A stretch of 50,156 nucleotides of DNA, the filler included, from Circinaria calcarea (lineage: Eukaryota): NCBI GenBank assembly GCA_051942165.1. It is 2 parts of 2 records of this genome, joined end to end, with 100 filler letters (N's around TTAATTAATTAA, not from the genome) between each part and the next. Parts side by side here need not be neighbours in the genome. Positions count along the whole stretch, not along the records: positions 1 to 25,074 come from JAVECS010000098.1; positions 25,175 to 50,156 come from JAVECS010000099.1. One strand, written 5' to 3'. Of this stretch, positions 22,016 to 33,928 are shown piece after piece. The notes under the pieces are model-generated. The model was not told the origin of the DNA. It ran no database searches and saw nothing but the letters and a program-made list of their open reading frames with translations. Each line of letters opens with the position of its first letter. Within the stretch, counting starts at the first letter, position 1. A program made the translations under genes and the position numbers.

Positions 22016-22934
22016 ATGGCTTACACTCGCATCGCCGTGGTGACGGGTGCCAATAAGGGAATCGGTTTTGCGATTGGTTTGTAAGACTCACGATAGTCCT
22101 TCTGAGCCCTTGCTAACAAATGGTCAAGTCCGTAACCTCGCTCTGCAATATCCTAAATCCTCCTTCTGCAACGGACAGTTCCTCGTATACCTGACTGCAC
22201 GGGACAACAATCGAGGTGGGCAGGCAATCAAAGACATTTACGATGATGCGAGCCTCAAGCGCGAGAGGGTACTAGCCCGGGATGGAGGACACACTACCGT
22301 CCAATACCATCAGATCGACATCTCAGATTCCAACAGTATTCATGCCTTTGGTACTTTCCTGAAGAAGGAACACTCTCAGGGAATTGACTTTGTCATCAAC
22401 AATGCTGGCATAGCGATGAACGGATTTGATCGAAACGTCGTTAAGGAAACACTGAAATGCAACTACTATGGTACTCTTGAAGCCACTCGCACCTTTCTAC
22501 CTTTGATTAAAGACGGGGGCCGCCTGGTTAACGTCTCCAGCATGGCTGGCAAACTTGGAAAATATTCCGCCAGCCTACGCTCGCAGTTTCTGGCAGCAGA
22601 TACTGTTGATAAAATCACCTCCTTGATGGAGCAGTTCAAGCAAGCCGTGGAGGCTGGGAAGGAGGTGGAGCAAGGTTGGCCACGTGCCGCATATGCCGTC
22701 TCTAAAGCCGGCTCTACAGGTATGACCGTGGTAATCGCAATGGAGGAGAAGCAAAAGGGGTCAAAGACGTTAATCAACTCTTGCTGTCCTGGCTATGTTT
22801 CTACCGATATGACGAAAGGTAACGGCGCCAAGACAACCGACGAAGGGGCTCAGACACCAGTATTGCTTGCGTTGGGTAATATAGGACAACAGACGGGGCT
22901 TTTCTGGCAAAATGAGCACCCGATAGAATGGTAA
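22016..22934 (+). CDS. Short-chain dehydrogenase/reductase, carbonyl reductase (CBR1-like), one intron
   Basis: ATG at 22016, MAYTRIAVVTGANKGIGFAI|VRNLA, INNAG, catalytic YAVSK and CCPGYVSTDM. Confidence 0.92.
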
Positions 22935-25074
22935 TATTTGTATATACAATCGAATACTGTTAACTTTTCCTCGTCGGTCACACTACTCCCTACTTAAATC
23001 TGGTATATTGGAACCGAAAACTTTGTCACGCACAACTTGCCGTCATGATTTGAGGCAGGCAACCGATTGATTCGATACTGGGTTATTGCGAATGAGACTT
23101 AAGTCATCTTACTCGAATAGATCTTCTAAGGATCTCTGACGAAATTCTTCCCTGCATATACTGTGTACAAGTAAACTTCCATATCAAATCCCCTGAGCCC
23201 AAAAGGCTTATGTTATCCCGCCTACATGAACCAACTGCGCATATCAATCTGGTGAACTCTTGCCATAGTATTTTCAACGCTACCTTCTTAATCGAGAATT
23301 CTTTGACGAAACACTTGATACTACCGTCAGGCGCCAATAGCAATATCTTCAGTTTCTTCTTGTGGCATTGTAGGTTTCTGGCTCTATAAGGATTCCTTTC
23401 GCGAGGAAATCGTCATTGTCCTAGACAAGATCTCGGTGACTTGATAGGGGACGTTCTAGGCAGGTTCCTAGTACCTGTGACAGTAGAAGTGTAGATAGGC
23501 GATAGCTACATTTCCCAGCAGGCAAATCTCGATTAGGGGAGGTATTCGCCCGGAACAGAAACGACTTTTTGTCAAGTGGAAATCCTCCCAAGTGGATAGA
23601 GGTTGCTTCACCCGTAGAGCTTGCTATAGATATTGATAGACGAGAGAGCACCAAACGAGAACATATAAGCTTTGGGGATCAATTGAAATTAGATATTTCT
23701 CGTAAGCTAAAATAAAGATAATAATATTCCTAGCCTTTCTTATAACTCGCATTAGGCTTGATCCGTCCTATATGTAAGACGACAAGAATCATGCTGCCTG
23801 CCTCAAGCTTTCAGAGACAATTGTATGTACAGCTTCCGCAAGATGTCCACGTAAAATGGAAATTCCTCCATAAGCAGCGAAGTACCAATGAGCTGCAATC
23901 ACTTACGGGATCTTAATAGTGATCCACCTCCTCCGCCCTGTCTCCCGCGTCTCACAGGTTTTTACTCGTTGTCCACCTTCTTTCTTCAGCCTCTTAGGGA
24001 CCTCGTATTTATCGATATCCCTTTCACACCAAGGGTGCCCTTTGTCGATCTCGAACATTGCTATGTAGTGGGTGTAAATGACTTTTTGTGAAACCAAGTA
24101 TTGCAGCGTAGGTTATCAAGCTGCGGTCAACACTGCGCCCATGGTATACGATGGGTGCGCCTAGATTTGAGTCCCGCCCGGTAGGAAAGAGAGATTTAGG
24201 TTGTCCAAGTATGTCGTATCTCAGAATATTGACTATGATCGACCGCAAGAATTATCATAGTCCACTGGACGCAGAGAGTACTTGGATATTCATCTCAATA
24301 TTCTTCTACACGGCTTCGGTTTGCCAAGCCGCTAAGCCATATCTTTCTAATTAAGCGACCATCCGCACATCTTGACTTGGATTTCTCCCAACTGATGATA
24401 AACTGCATTCAACGCCTAATACCAATATAGAGCAAGCAACATGGATTCTGAGAAGAGCCATAGGCGTACGTCGCGAATAAATCACCTAGAAGATTAGCGC
24501 TAACTATTGTGTATAACCAGTTTACGTCAAGTGGGCGCACCCCCATAGCTGAATCGACGAGGTGTTACTAAAACCCAATGCAGAGCACGCCACTTGAGCT
24601 ACAGACGTGGAAAGCGGAACACACATCCTGGCACCAGGTAACCACCGTCTTTTACAGAAGGGAAGTATCGGCTCATTAAGGCGCATCAAAGCCTCCTCGT
24701 TCTCGAAGGCGTCGGAGATTCCAAAGCTGCCCAGTACGTTCAATTGCAAGCTGTAAAGGCTTCCAATCCACTAATATGATCAATGCAGATTCTACCTTGG
24801 CAAGCGTTGCGCATATGTCTACCGGGCGAGCAAGGAGGTAAGGGGTACAAAGCTGAGAGTGATCTGGGGAACCATTACAAACGTCCATGGTATGTACGAG
24901 AACGCCGAGAACCATCTATCTTAAGCTGGAAATACTCTTTAAATTGAAACTTCTCTGATATATACCGCTCCCAGGCAATTCAGGTGCCGTCCGCGCCCAG
25001 TTCAGGCATAACCTCCCGCCCCGCTCCTTCGGTGCCTCGGTCCGCGTGATGCTGTATCCCTCCTCGATATGAAC

Positions 25075-25174
25075 NNNNNNNNNNNNNNNNNNNNNNNNNN
25101 NNNNNNNNNNNNNNNNNNTTAATTAATTAANNNNNNNNNNNNNNNNNNNNNNNNNNNNNNNNNNNNNNNNNNNN
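25075..25174. other. Assembly gap or contig-joining spacer (44 N + TTAATTAATTAA + 44 N)
   Basis: A symmetric 100-nt spacer whose core has stop codons in all six frames; artificial. Confidence 0.97.
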
Positions 25175-25351
25175 ACTTCACGGAAGTCCTGAGTCCTAAC
25201 TTACGCTCTTTAGAATGTCTAGGCTTTTGCAAAGTATTCATCGCAATTGGCAGGCTTTTCGAACCCTAAGGTATTCTTGAGTAAACGTGGAGATATCCAA
25301 CTTGCCCTAAACCACCACTGTTGTATTTAGATTCAAACGAACATGGCTTTG

Positions 25352-26856
25352 CTATGTCGCATCTGATTTAAACCAAAGATCGTCGAAGTCTCCAAAATTC
25401 CCCATGTTCTCGTCTCCGCCCATATCATTGTCGTCTGTTCCGCCCATTTCCAGGTCCCCAGAACCAAAGAACATGTCATCAAAGCTAGACTCTATCGGAG
25501 CTGAGCCCATGATGCTCTCCATATTGCTGTTCACTTTGGCGGCCGATGGATTGTCAGTGACTTTGGCCGCATTATGATTGAAACCGGAAGCCGTAGGCGG
25601 CATGTTAAGCATCGAGAAGTCGTCGCTAGCAGTGACGTAGTTTTCTAGTCCTGGTAACAGTGTATTGATATCTTCGTTGGAGGTGGTGTTTAGGTTTGAG
25701 AAATCGTTTGAGTTGGATGTCATCTCTCCAAATGGGTTGTCGTTCAAGAGGTCTTGATCGATGTTGGCTTCATTGGAGAAGTCAAGATCAAAGTCAATTG
25801 CGTCATGAGATCCCGCGAGCTCGGTGTCATTGAACATTGATTCGAAATTTGCATCCCGAAGATTTGCTGTTGTGGGTGTATCTAGAGGCGCATCTGATGT
25901 TGGAGCATCGATGCTGACTTCCTGTAAGATTATGTGATCTCGGGTGTTATCTTCGACATACTCCGTCGATGCCAGGTCGATTGGTTGTCGCGGATCCTTT
26001 AACTCGGCTTCATCGCCCAATGATGCGGTATTTTCCATGGGTTTGCTGAGATTTTCGTCTGACAGGTCAATCGAATGATGTTCGACTGACATGGCGGCTA
26101 CGTCTTGCAAATGGCCTGCTCTATCAGTACTGGGTAGATCTTCAATCATTACAACATCTCTGGGTGGCGTTGATTCGGGTGCGATTGCATGCTCTTTATC
26201 GGCCATATTTGGGCCTCCCACCGCTGGACCGGCGGACAGCAGATCTTTCGTGCTAGGAGGTTCCCTGCTGGATTCCCGTAGCCTTCCTAGGCCTGCAGCA
26301 CGCTCGCGTTCTGCCCGCTTTGCCTGCAGCGCCTTCAAGTCTCTTTCCATTACAGATTTGGCTTTCAGCTGGTGGATGAGTTAGCTTCGTCCTGACTCGC
26401 AAGAGATATGGTTGAAAGGCTTGAAATCTCAACATAATGAATGCTTGACAAGATTTGTATAGTGAAGTTATAGATGGCTGAGAAAAATTCGATCTTCACT
26501 GGTGATTGGACAGTGGATGTGGCTTTCTTTTGGTGGGAGACCCAAATCTGGGGGACGGAATAGAGAAATGGATTGACGGCTGCTGGAATGGGTACTCACA
26601 ATCTCGATTTCAATCTCATCGAGGGCATCATGGAACTCGCCATTAGCCTTGCGGACTTCCTGACGGACTTCGCGTTTGGTATTTGCGGACAGCTTATGGT
26701 CCCTGGAAGAGCCTTCCCGAAAGACCTTTCCAATCTGGATAAGCTGTATCCGATTGAGCGCAGGTACGGTGTTGGACTGGAGAGGTTCATTACCACGTGG
26801 TCTACCAAGACAGGAAGTCTCTCCAGCGGATCTGGTTGATGTGCTATTGCAGCCAT
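25352..26856 (-). CDS. Hypothetical protein with an N-terminal helical/coiled-coil region and an acidic Asp/Asn/Phe-rich tail (possible Mediator Med2-like), 3 exons
   Basis: Spliced MAAIAHQPDPLERLPVLVDHV|LIQIGKVFRE...FHDALDEIEIEI|LKAKSVMERDLKALQAKRAERE... joins ORF 25352-26350 in frame through canonical GT-AG introns. Confidence 0.75.
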
Positions 26857-27971
26857 GTTGTCCACCAATATAAGAAATATTCAAAGCCGTCTCCCAAAGA
26901 ACACCACCTAAGCCGGTCGGGCCAGAAGGAGCTGAGCAAAAGCAAGCCGGTGGCACAATGATGCAGGTCAGGCAAAGAAGGAAGAGCTCGGTGGAGGATG
27001 TCTGTGTCTGTGCATTGCACGGATGAATCCCACATTGCCCCAAGCGCTAACATGCATAAGGTCAAGGGTGGCTTAGGCGAAGGATAATCGCCGATTCCCC
27101 TGCGCGGCCAATCAGCGAATTCTGCCGGCAGCATTTCTTCCCTTTTCCCCAGAAAATGAATTTCATGGCGCACACTCGCCCCCCATCTCTGTACCTCGTT
27201 AACCTGGTCACACGCGATCAGGCGGTACAGGTACTCGGCGCATTCCTGGTGGTTGGAAAGGGGGGGGAAGTCCTTTTCTTCTGCAGTCGCATTGCGCTGC
27301 TGGACAAGTGCTATATAGATTATGTCGTAAAGCTCAGTTTGGACAGGTCGAAAAGATAAATGTGATAGTCCGAGAGCTTCCAGCGGTTCCTTAAACGCCA
27401 AGTGGGGCTAGAGGGAAGCTCTGACTGGGGTTGGTGCTCCCCCAAACGCCTTTTTCGACCACTCCCCTCCAAACTTCTTCCACCACTTCGTCCTCTTCTT
27501 CCCTTCCTTCCTCCCTCCTCCATCGCATATAATCATCAGTCTTCCGGTAGGGCAACGTCGGCGTCGGGATTCTGATATTCGCTCTTCGTCTCTCTCCTTC
27601 CTTCCGTCGTTTCCCTTTCCCTTTCTATTGGGTCCGTTGGTCCTTGAGTCCTTCAGCGCTCCTCGGTTGCTTCGTCCCCGCCAGCTTTAGCCAGTCGACG
27701 CGCTGCTCGACTTTCCCTTCTGGCGGATCGGCTTGCTCTTCCTATCCTGTCTGACCGATTGTAGTCTTATACGCTTGACGCCGCGGTCCATCAGTCTTAT
27801 TTTACACCTTCTCTCCCCAGTCGGCCGCTATCCAATCTCCGACTCGTCTAGAATCTTTGTCTGCCTCGAAGTTTTTCGGCCACTTATATCGGCATCTCCG
27901 TGCCTAATTCTAATTGAGTCTATCTCACGTTCCTCGCCCATTCTTCGGCGACCATTTCTCGAATTCATCCA

Positions 27972-29943
27972 ATGGCAGACGCCGTGTCTTCTTCTTCAAC
28001 GACCCCCCTGCCTCCCCTACCACCGACGTCTGTAGGCGCGCCCGGCCAGCAAGACTATGGAAGTTCTCCAACAAACGGTCAGGGTAATCCCGCACATATG
28101 CCGCCGCCTCCGCTACCTCCGGTGGTGATTCCACAGAATAATAATCCAATCCCCACGGCGATGACCTCGCCTTTCTCGAGTGGGATGTTGTCGCCTTCGA
28201 GCGCGGGTGGATCCGTTCGTCGGGCTGCGCCGGAACCGAATAAGAGGGCACTGTATGTGGGAGGATTAGATCCTAGAGTGACCGAGGAGGTGTTGCGTCA
28301 GATATTCGAGACGACCGGTCATGTCCAAAACGTTAAAATCATTCCTGACAAGAATGTAGGTGCTGTCAGTATCAATTTTCGCTTCTTAGATATCTCGTTT
28401 TTCCCCGGATCGTAGAGCTATACCTAATACACCGGGGAAAGCGTGGACCACTCGAGTGAATTGCCACCCTTTAATTTCGTTTGACGCAAGTTTTCATTTA
28501 CTCTATCTTTCAAGGCCACCACCCGCGTTCAACCATCAAACGCGCCTTTGCTGCAACGCTTTTCGCAACGCTTTTTTGAACAATCCTAAGTCCAATTGCT
28601 AATCGCTGCTTTGTAGAGCAAGGGGTTCAACTACGGTTTCATTGAATACGACGACCCAGGCGCAGCAGAACGCGCAATGCAGACTCTCAACGGTAGGAGA
28701 GTCCATCAGGCGGTAAGAGAATCCTACAGGCCCCGTACACGTTGGATCATTGCTTATATATACACCTGCAGGAGATTCGTGTCAACTGGGCCTACCAGTC
28801 AAACACTTCCAACAAAGAGGACACGTCTAATCACTTCCACATCTTTGTTGGCGATCTTAGCAATGAAGTCAACGATGAGGTCTTGCTTCAAGCCTTTTCT
28901 GCTTTTGGCTCTGTGTCTGAAGCTCGCGTCATGTGGGACATGAAAACTGGTCGCTCTCGTGGTTATGGGTTTGTTGCTTTCCGTGAACGTGCCGATGCCG
29001 AGAAGGCATTGAGCAATATGGATGGAGAATGGCTCGGATCGCGCGCCATCCGCTGCAACTGGGCCAACCAAAAAGGCCAGCCATCAATCTCTCAGCAGCA
29101 GGCCATGGTAGCAATGGGAATGACTCCAACCACTCCTTACGGTGTTCCTGCCAGCGCTGGACATCACAACTTCCCAACCCAGGGCGTTCAGAGCTACGAA
29201 ATGGTCGTTCAGCAGACCCCCCAGTGGCAGACTACTTGTTACGTTGGCAACCTGACTCCCTACACTACGCAGAATGATCTGGTGCCTCTTTTCCAGAACT
29301 TCGGGTATGTCGTTGAGACCCGCTTTCAGTCCGATCGTGGCTTTGCCTTTGTCAAGATGGACTCCCACGAGAACGCGGCCATGGCGATCTGTCAGCTGAG
29401 TGGTTACAATGTCAACGGTCGTCCCTTGAAGTGCAGTGTAAGTTCCCGCTAACCTAAACGCCACGTGCAAAAACGTGCAACCACGTGGGCCATCAGACGC
29501 TAGATACTAATCGATTCTAGTGGGGCAAGGATCGTCCCCCGACTGGTCAGTTCGACGGCTATGCGCCACAGCAAGCCCAACCGCCGACTCCAGTCTATCC
29601 TCCGCAGAACTCGGCAGGCTATGCCTTTCCGCAATATGGTGCACCTGGCCCTATGACTCCCCAAGCGGGGCCTCATGCCTCCACCCCGATGAACACCATG
29701 TCCGGTTATCCGCCAACCCACCAGTCTCCCGGACCCAGCCCAGCTGGTCGTGGATGGAGCCAACAACCCCAAGCAGGCTTCTCACCTACCGGTATGCCAA
29801 CTCAGGCCTACGGAAGCATGCAGATGCCTGGCAGCGCTGGAGGGTACGGTCATGACCAGAACTCTGCCGGTGGTTGGGGTCAAGCTAGCGCTTCTGCTTA
29901 TCAGCGCAACCCTGCTGCCAACAACAGCTTTGGTGGCTACTAG
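27972..29943 (+). CDS. PUB1: Pub1/TIA-1-like RNA-binding protein with three RRMs, multi-exon
   Basis: RRM1 RALYVGGLD...KGFNYGFIEY, RRM2 FHIFVGDLS...RSRGYGFVAF, RRM3 TCYVGNL...RGFAFV and LKCS|WGKDR, followed by a Q/P/G-rich tail ending at 29943. Confidence 0.93.
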
Positions 29944-30634
29944 GTGAGGTCGACAACGGAAAGGCGATCAATGCTCTGGACACCAGTTACCCGTTGCTTA
30001 TGATGGCTGTGCGTCAGAGGTAAGGGTATTTGCATGGAACTGTCGGTGGTCAATGTCGTCTCTTCGTCTTCGACCGTCGAAGTCTTGTGTTGAGAGTCTC
30101 TTTCCTAGAGTTGCATGTTTTCCTTACCAACGACTCTCCTTGCTTGTGGTTGATCTGGATACTGTGTATGTTGCGTCCAAGGTTGCATCGCCGCGTACAA
30201 AAGTTACTGTTGGACAGTTGTCGGGTTCCAAGTAATTCTTCATAGCGCGTTGTGTAGGCTACTTGTTTTCCTCGCCTTTACACTACGAGTCACGAATTCC
30301 CTAGGCTCAATGGTCTCTTCCAATGCTGCAGAAACTCGTCGTCGCTTTAGAATACCCAAACCTGTAATTCTCTCGACTGTTGACGTTTGGCTGCCTCGAT
30401 GTCTAGTTTTAGATGTCTTAATAGTTCAAGAGGAAATTCAAGCACTCGTACCGAATGAAAAAACCACATGGAGTAAGGGACGTTCCCACTCTGAGATTAC
30501 CAAATAGTAACCAATCAGCCGTGAGACACGTAAATGATGCCCTCGTGTACCCTAAATAGAAAGTTATTCGTGGCGAGCGAAATCCCCTGCCAAGCCACTA
30601 ATCGATCGCGGTTCAATCAGACGTGACCCCCTCC

Positions 30635-33530
30635 ATGAACATGTTTGCGAATCATTCCGCCGAACACACTGTCAAGTAAGCCCCCATTCTCCGCCCGTTG
30701 CACCGATTGACTCTCCTCTGGTCCCATCGCCATTGCAGCCTGGCGGAATGCCGTTACGCACTGGCAGGGCTTTTGCCAATTGTCTCATGGAGAGTTCTCC
30801 CTAGAGGCGCGCTCCTTCCACCACTCCGGCCATTCCCCTTATTCAGCACCACCTCTCCACGCCTTTTCAGCTCCTCCGTCGTCTCTCCCCTGGTCCAGGT
30901 CATGTTGGCAAAAGCCGTGAAGCAGCACGAATCTGCGCCGCCGTCACACAAAGCCCCTACTCTGTCCCAACAGCTTTTTCCATCGAGTAGCTCGGCCGGT
31001 AGCCAAGATAAATCACGGAGCAGTCTACAGCAATATCTACCCCAAAGCCAAGTTCTGAAACCGAGTATATCAATTGCACATAACACGTCACTGCTAGAGG
31101 GAAGCCTAGGGCAGGGCAATTCACTAAAGCGAACTGCGGCACAGGCACACGGTATGGGAAGCTCCTGGAGCAACCCGGCCGCAGTTGTGAGTAAGGAGCA
31201 TGCTGTTGATCTGACAAAATCTGCGTTTGACGGGGGGCGAGTGGGGAAACTTCACGAGACTGTCTACTTTGATGAAAATGATTTCGTTGACGATGCGGAT
31301 CTGGATCTCGACGTGGAAGACTCTGCGGCCAAAGACTATCTTCTCGTCGATGATTTTAGATCAGCTCAAGCTCCACCAAGTAGTGTGCCTATACCATGGT
31401 CGTCGTCGCCGTTGCAGCACAAGGAAGGACCTTTGAATGCTAGTTTCACACAACCACCGGGGCGTGTGTCCGTTGAATACTCTAGCGGCCATCGACTTGA
31501 AGTTCCGGTATCAGGTAACATCGACGCTCGACCTAGTAAGCGCCGTACCTTACCTTGGCTGGACACAGGTGGACAAGAAAAGGAACAAACTCGGAAAATG
31601 CCTCCACCTCATGTCCAACAGATTATCGATCGTCAAGCCAAATCTCGTCAAGGTGTTGGATTGAGGGTAGAAGGAGAGTCTTCTATGGCTTCACCAAATG
31701 ACAAGTCAAAATCGCCATACCCTTGGAATAAAACAGCAGCTGCAGTCAAGGAGGAGCAGAAAAAGCTACGGCAAGCCAATAAAAAGCTTTTTAAGTCTCA
31801 TGAGAACGATGGATCTGATGCAGCTACGAAGAGAAGAGAGGCCGCCGAACGGAGGGGTGTTGCCCGAGTCTTCCTCAGCGACGAACAGAAGAAAGTACTC
31901 AGCCTGGTGGCCGAGGACAGAAAGAGTGTCTTCTTTACCGGGTCAGCAGGTACGGGGAAGTCAGTTCTACTACGCGAGATTATCAAAGTCCTACGAGAAA
32001 AGTATAAGCGAGAGTCTGATCGAGTAGCTGTTACTGCATCAACGGGACTGGCCGCCTGCAATGTGGGTGGTGTCACGCTCCATAGCTTCTCTGGTATTGG
32101 CTTAGGGAAGGAAAGCGTGCCTGAGCTGGTGAAAAAGATCAAGAAAAACCAGAAAGCCAGGAACCGCTGGATGAGGACCAAAGTTCTCATAGTCGACGAG
32201 ATCTCCATGGTTGACGGGGAACTATTCGATAAACTCGAGGGTATCGCACGAACCATCAGGAACAATGGAAGACCGTTTGGCGGTATTCAGCTGGTGATTA
32301 CGGGGGATTTTTTTCAACTGCCGCCGGTTCCAGATTCTGGCAGGATATCAAAATTCGCCTTCGATGCGGGAACGTGGAACACTTCGATCGAGCACACCAT
32401 TGGACTCACTCAGGTTTTCCGACAAAAGGATCCAGGTAAGCTAATGTCTACTATATTCCAACCGTTATGCTCACAAATCGAAGGCTTTGCGAACATGCTA
32501 AACGAAATGAGGCTTGGAAAGCTATCTCAGAAATCGATAGATACCTTCCGAACGCTCAGTCGACCTCTTGCTTTTAGTGATGACCTGGAAGCTACAGAAC
32601 TGTGAGAAGCACAATCTTGCTTTTTTGGACGGTTATTTCCTGCTAACGACATAAAGGTTCCCAACCAGGATAGAAGTGGAGAACGCAAACAACCTGCGAA
32701 TGAGAAATTTAGGGGGGACACCCGTAACTTTTAGCTCTACCGATGGAGGCACGATGACGGATCTCAATCAGCGAGACAAGCTGCTGGCAAATTGTATGGC
32801 ACCGCCCTCGATTACGCTTAAGAAGGGGTCTCAAGTCATGCTCATCAAAAATATCGACGAGACTTTAGTCAACGGATCCCTTGGAAAGGTTGTAGCTTTC
32901 ATGGACGAGAAGACTTTTGACTATTATGATGAAGACGAGGAAAAATTCCAAGCGATTGAGAACGGGGATCTGAAGGATGAGGACATGACACGGTCTAGAG
33001 TGAAACTTAAAGAACTGATGAACAAGGACGCCTTGGGTAACACAAGCCAAAAGTGGCCCGTAGTGCGCTTTCACATTGCGGACGGTACTACAAGGGATCT
33101 TCTGTGTCAACATGAGTCCTGGAAGATCGAACTACCGAACGGAGAAATTCAAGCATCTCGGTCACAGATCCCACTGATCCTCGCCTGGGCCCTGTCAATT
33201 CACAAGGCACAAGGACAGACCCTCGAGAGGGTAAAGGTAGATCTGGGGCGGATATTCGAAAAGGGCCAGGCCTATGTGGCCCTTAGTCGAGCCACCTGCC
33301 AGGAAGGACTACAGATCACAAGGTTCGATCCTAAGAAGGTTATGGCGCATGACAAGGTCCGCGGCTTCTACGATAGCCTTTACAGCATCGACCAAGCTGC
33401 GACATCAGCAGCAAAGACAGGGGCATCGAACACAGGCAGGAAGACGGCGAAGGGGTATGAGCAGGAGTATTTGCAAGGTACCGGGGCGTTCGACGAGGAC
33501 GAGGATGCTTTGCAGCAAATGTATGGTTAG
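30635..33530 (+). CDS. PIF1: Pif1-family 5'-3' DNA helicase; nuclear-type start at 30902, candidate longer isoform from ATG 30635
   Basis: Walker A FFTGSAGTGKS, TLHSFSGIG, DEISMV, GDFFQLPPV, QVFRQKD, PLILAWALSIHKAQGQTL and GQAYVALSRA. Introns at 32436-32483 and ~32602-32657. Confidence 0.95.
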
Positions 33531-33928
33531 GGCTTGTAGATGTGCGAAGAAGGAGGATTTGGGGAATTGCATTAGCTTTGGGCGTTGCTTGATTGATGGT
33601 ACGGGCTGTTTTGCAACCATGGCTCACAGTAGTTTCGTGTACTTAGCATTAAGACGGAGCCGTACAATGCAACATTTCGCAGAAAAGCCGCACTGCCTCT
33701 TCTGTGCCTCTTAATAGTACATTCAAACGAAACTGGCCGTGAATGATGATCATATCTAAGGAATGGACATGTGTCAGGTATCTTTTCGAAGCTTGGAGCC
33801 CGGATCTTCGTTCACTCCAAATCTCTCACTCCCCACAGCTATTGCATAATCGCTACAGGATCCGAATCTCAGCTATGCTCGACCCCCAGCATTTCATCTG
33901 ATGCAAGTATCTCTTGCTGCTGCTCATA

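Noticed and set aside
32436..32483. 16-aa insertion in the Pif1 helicase core as read in the ORF track
   Set aside because: It is a 48-nt in-frame, stop-free intron with a GTAAGC donor and AAG acceptor; removing it restores RQKDPGFANMLNEMR.
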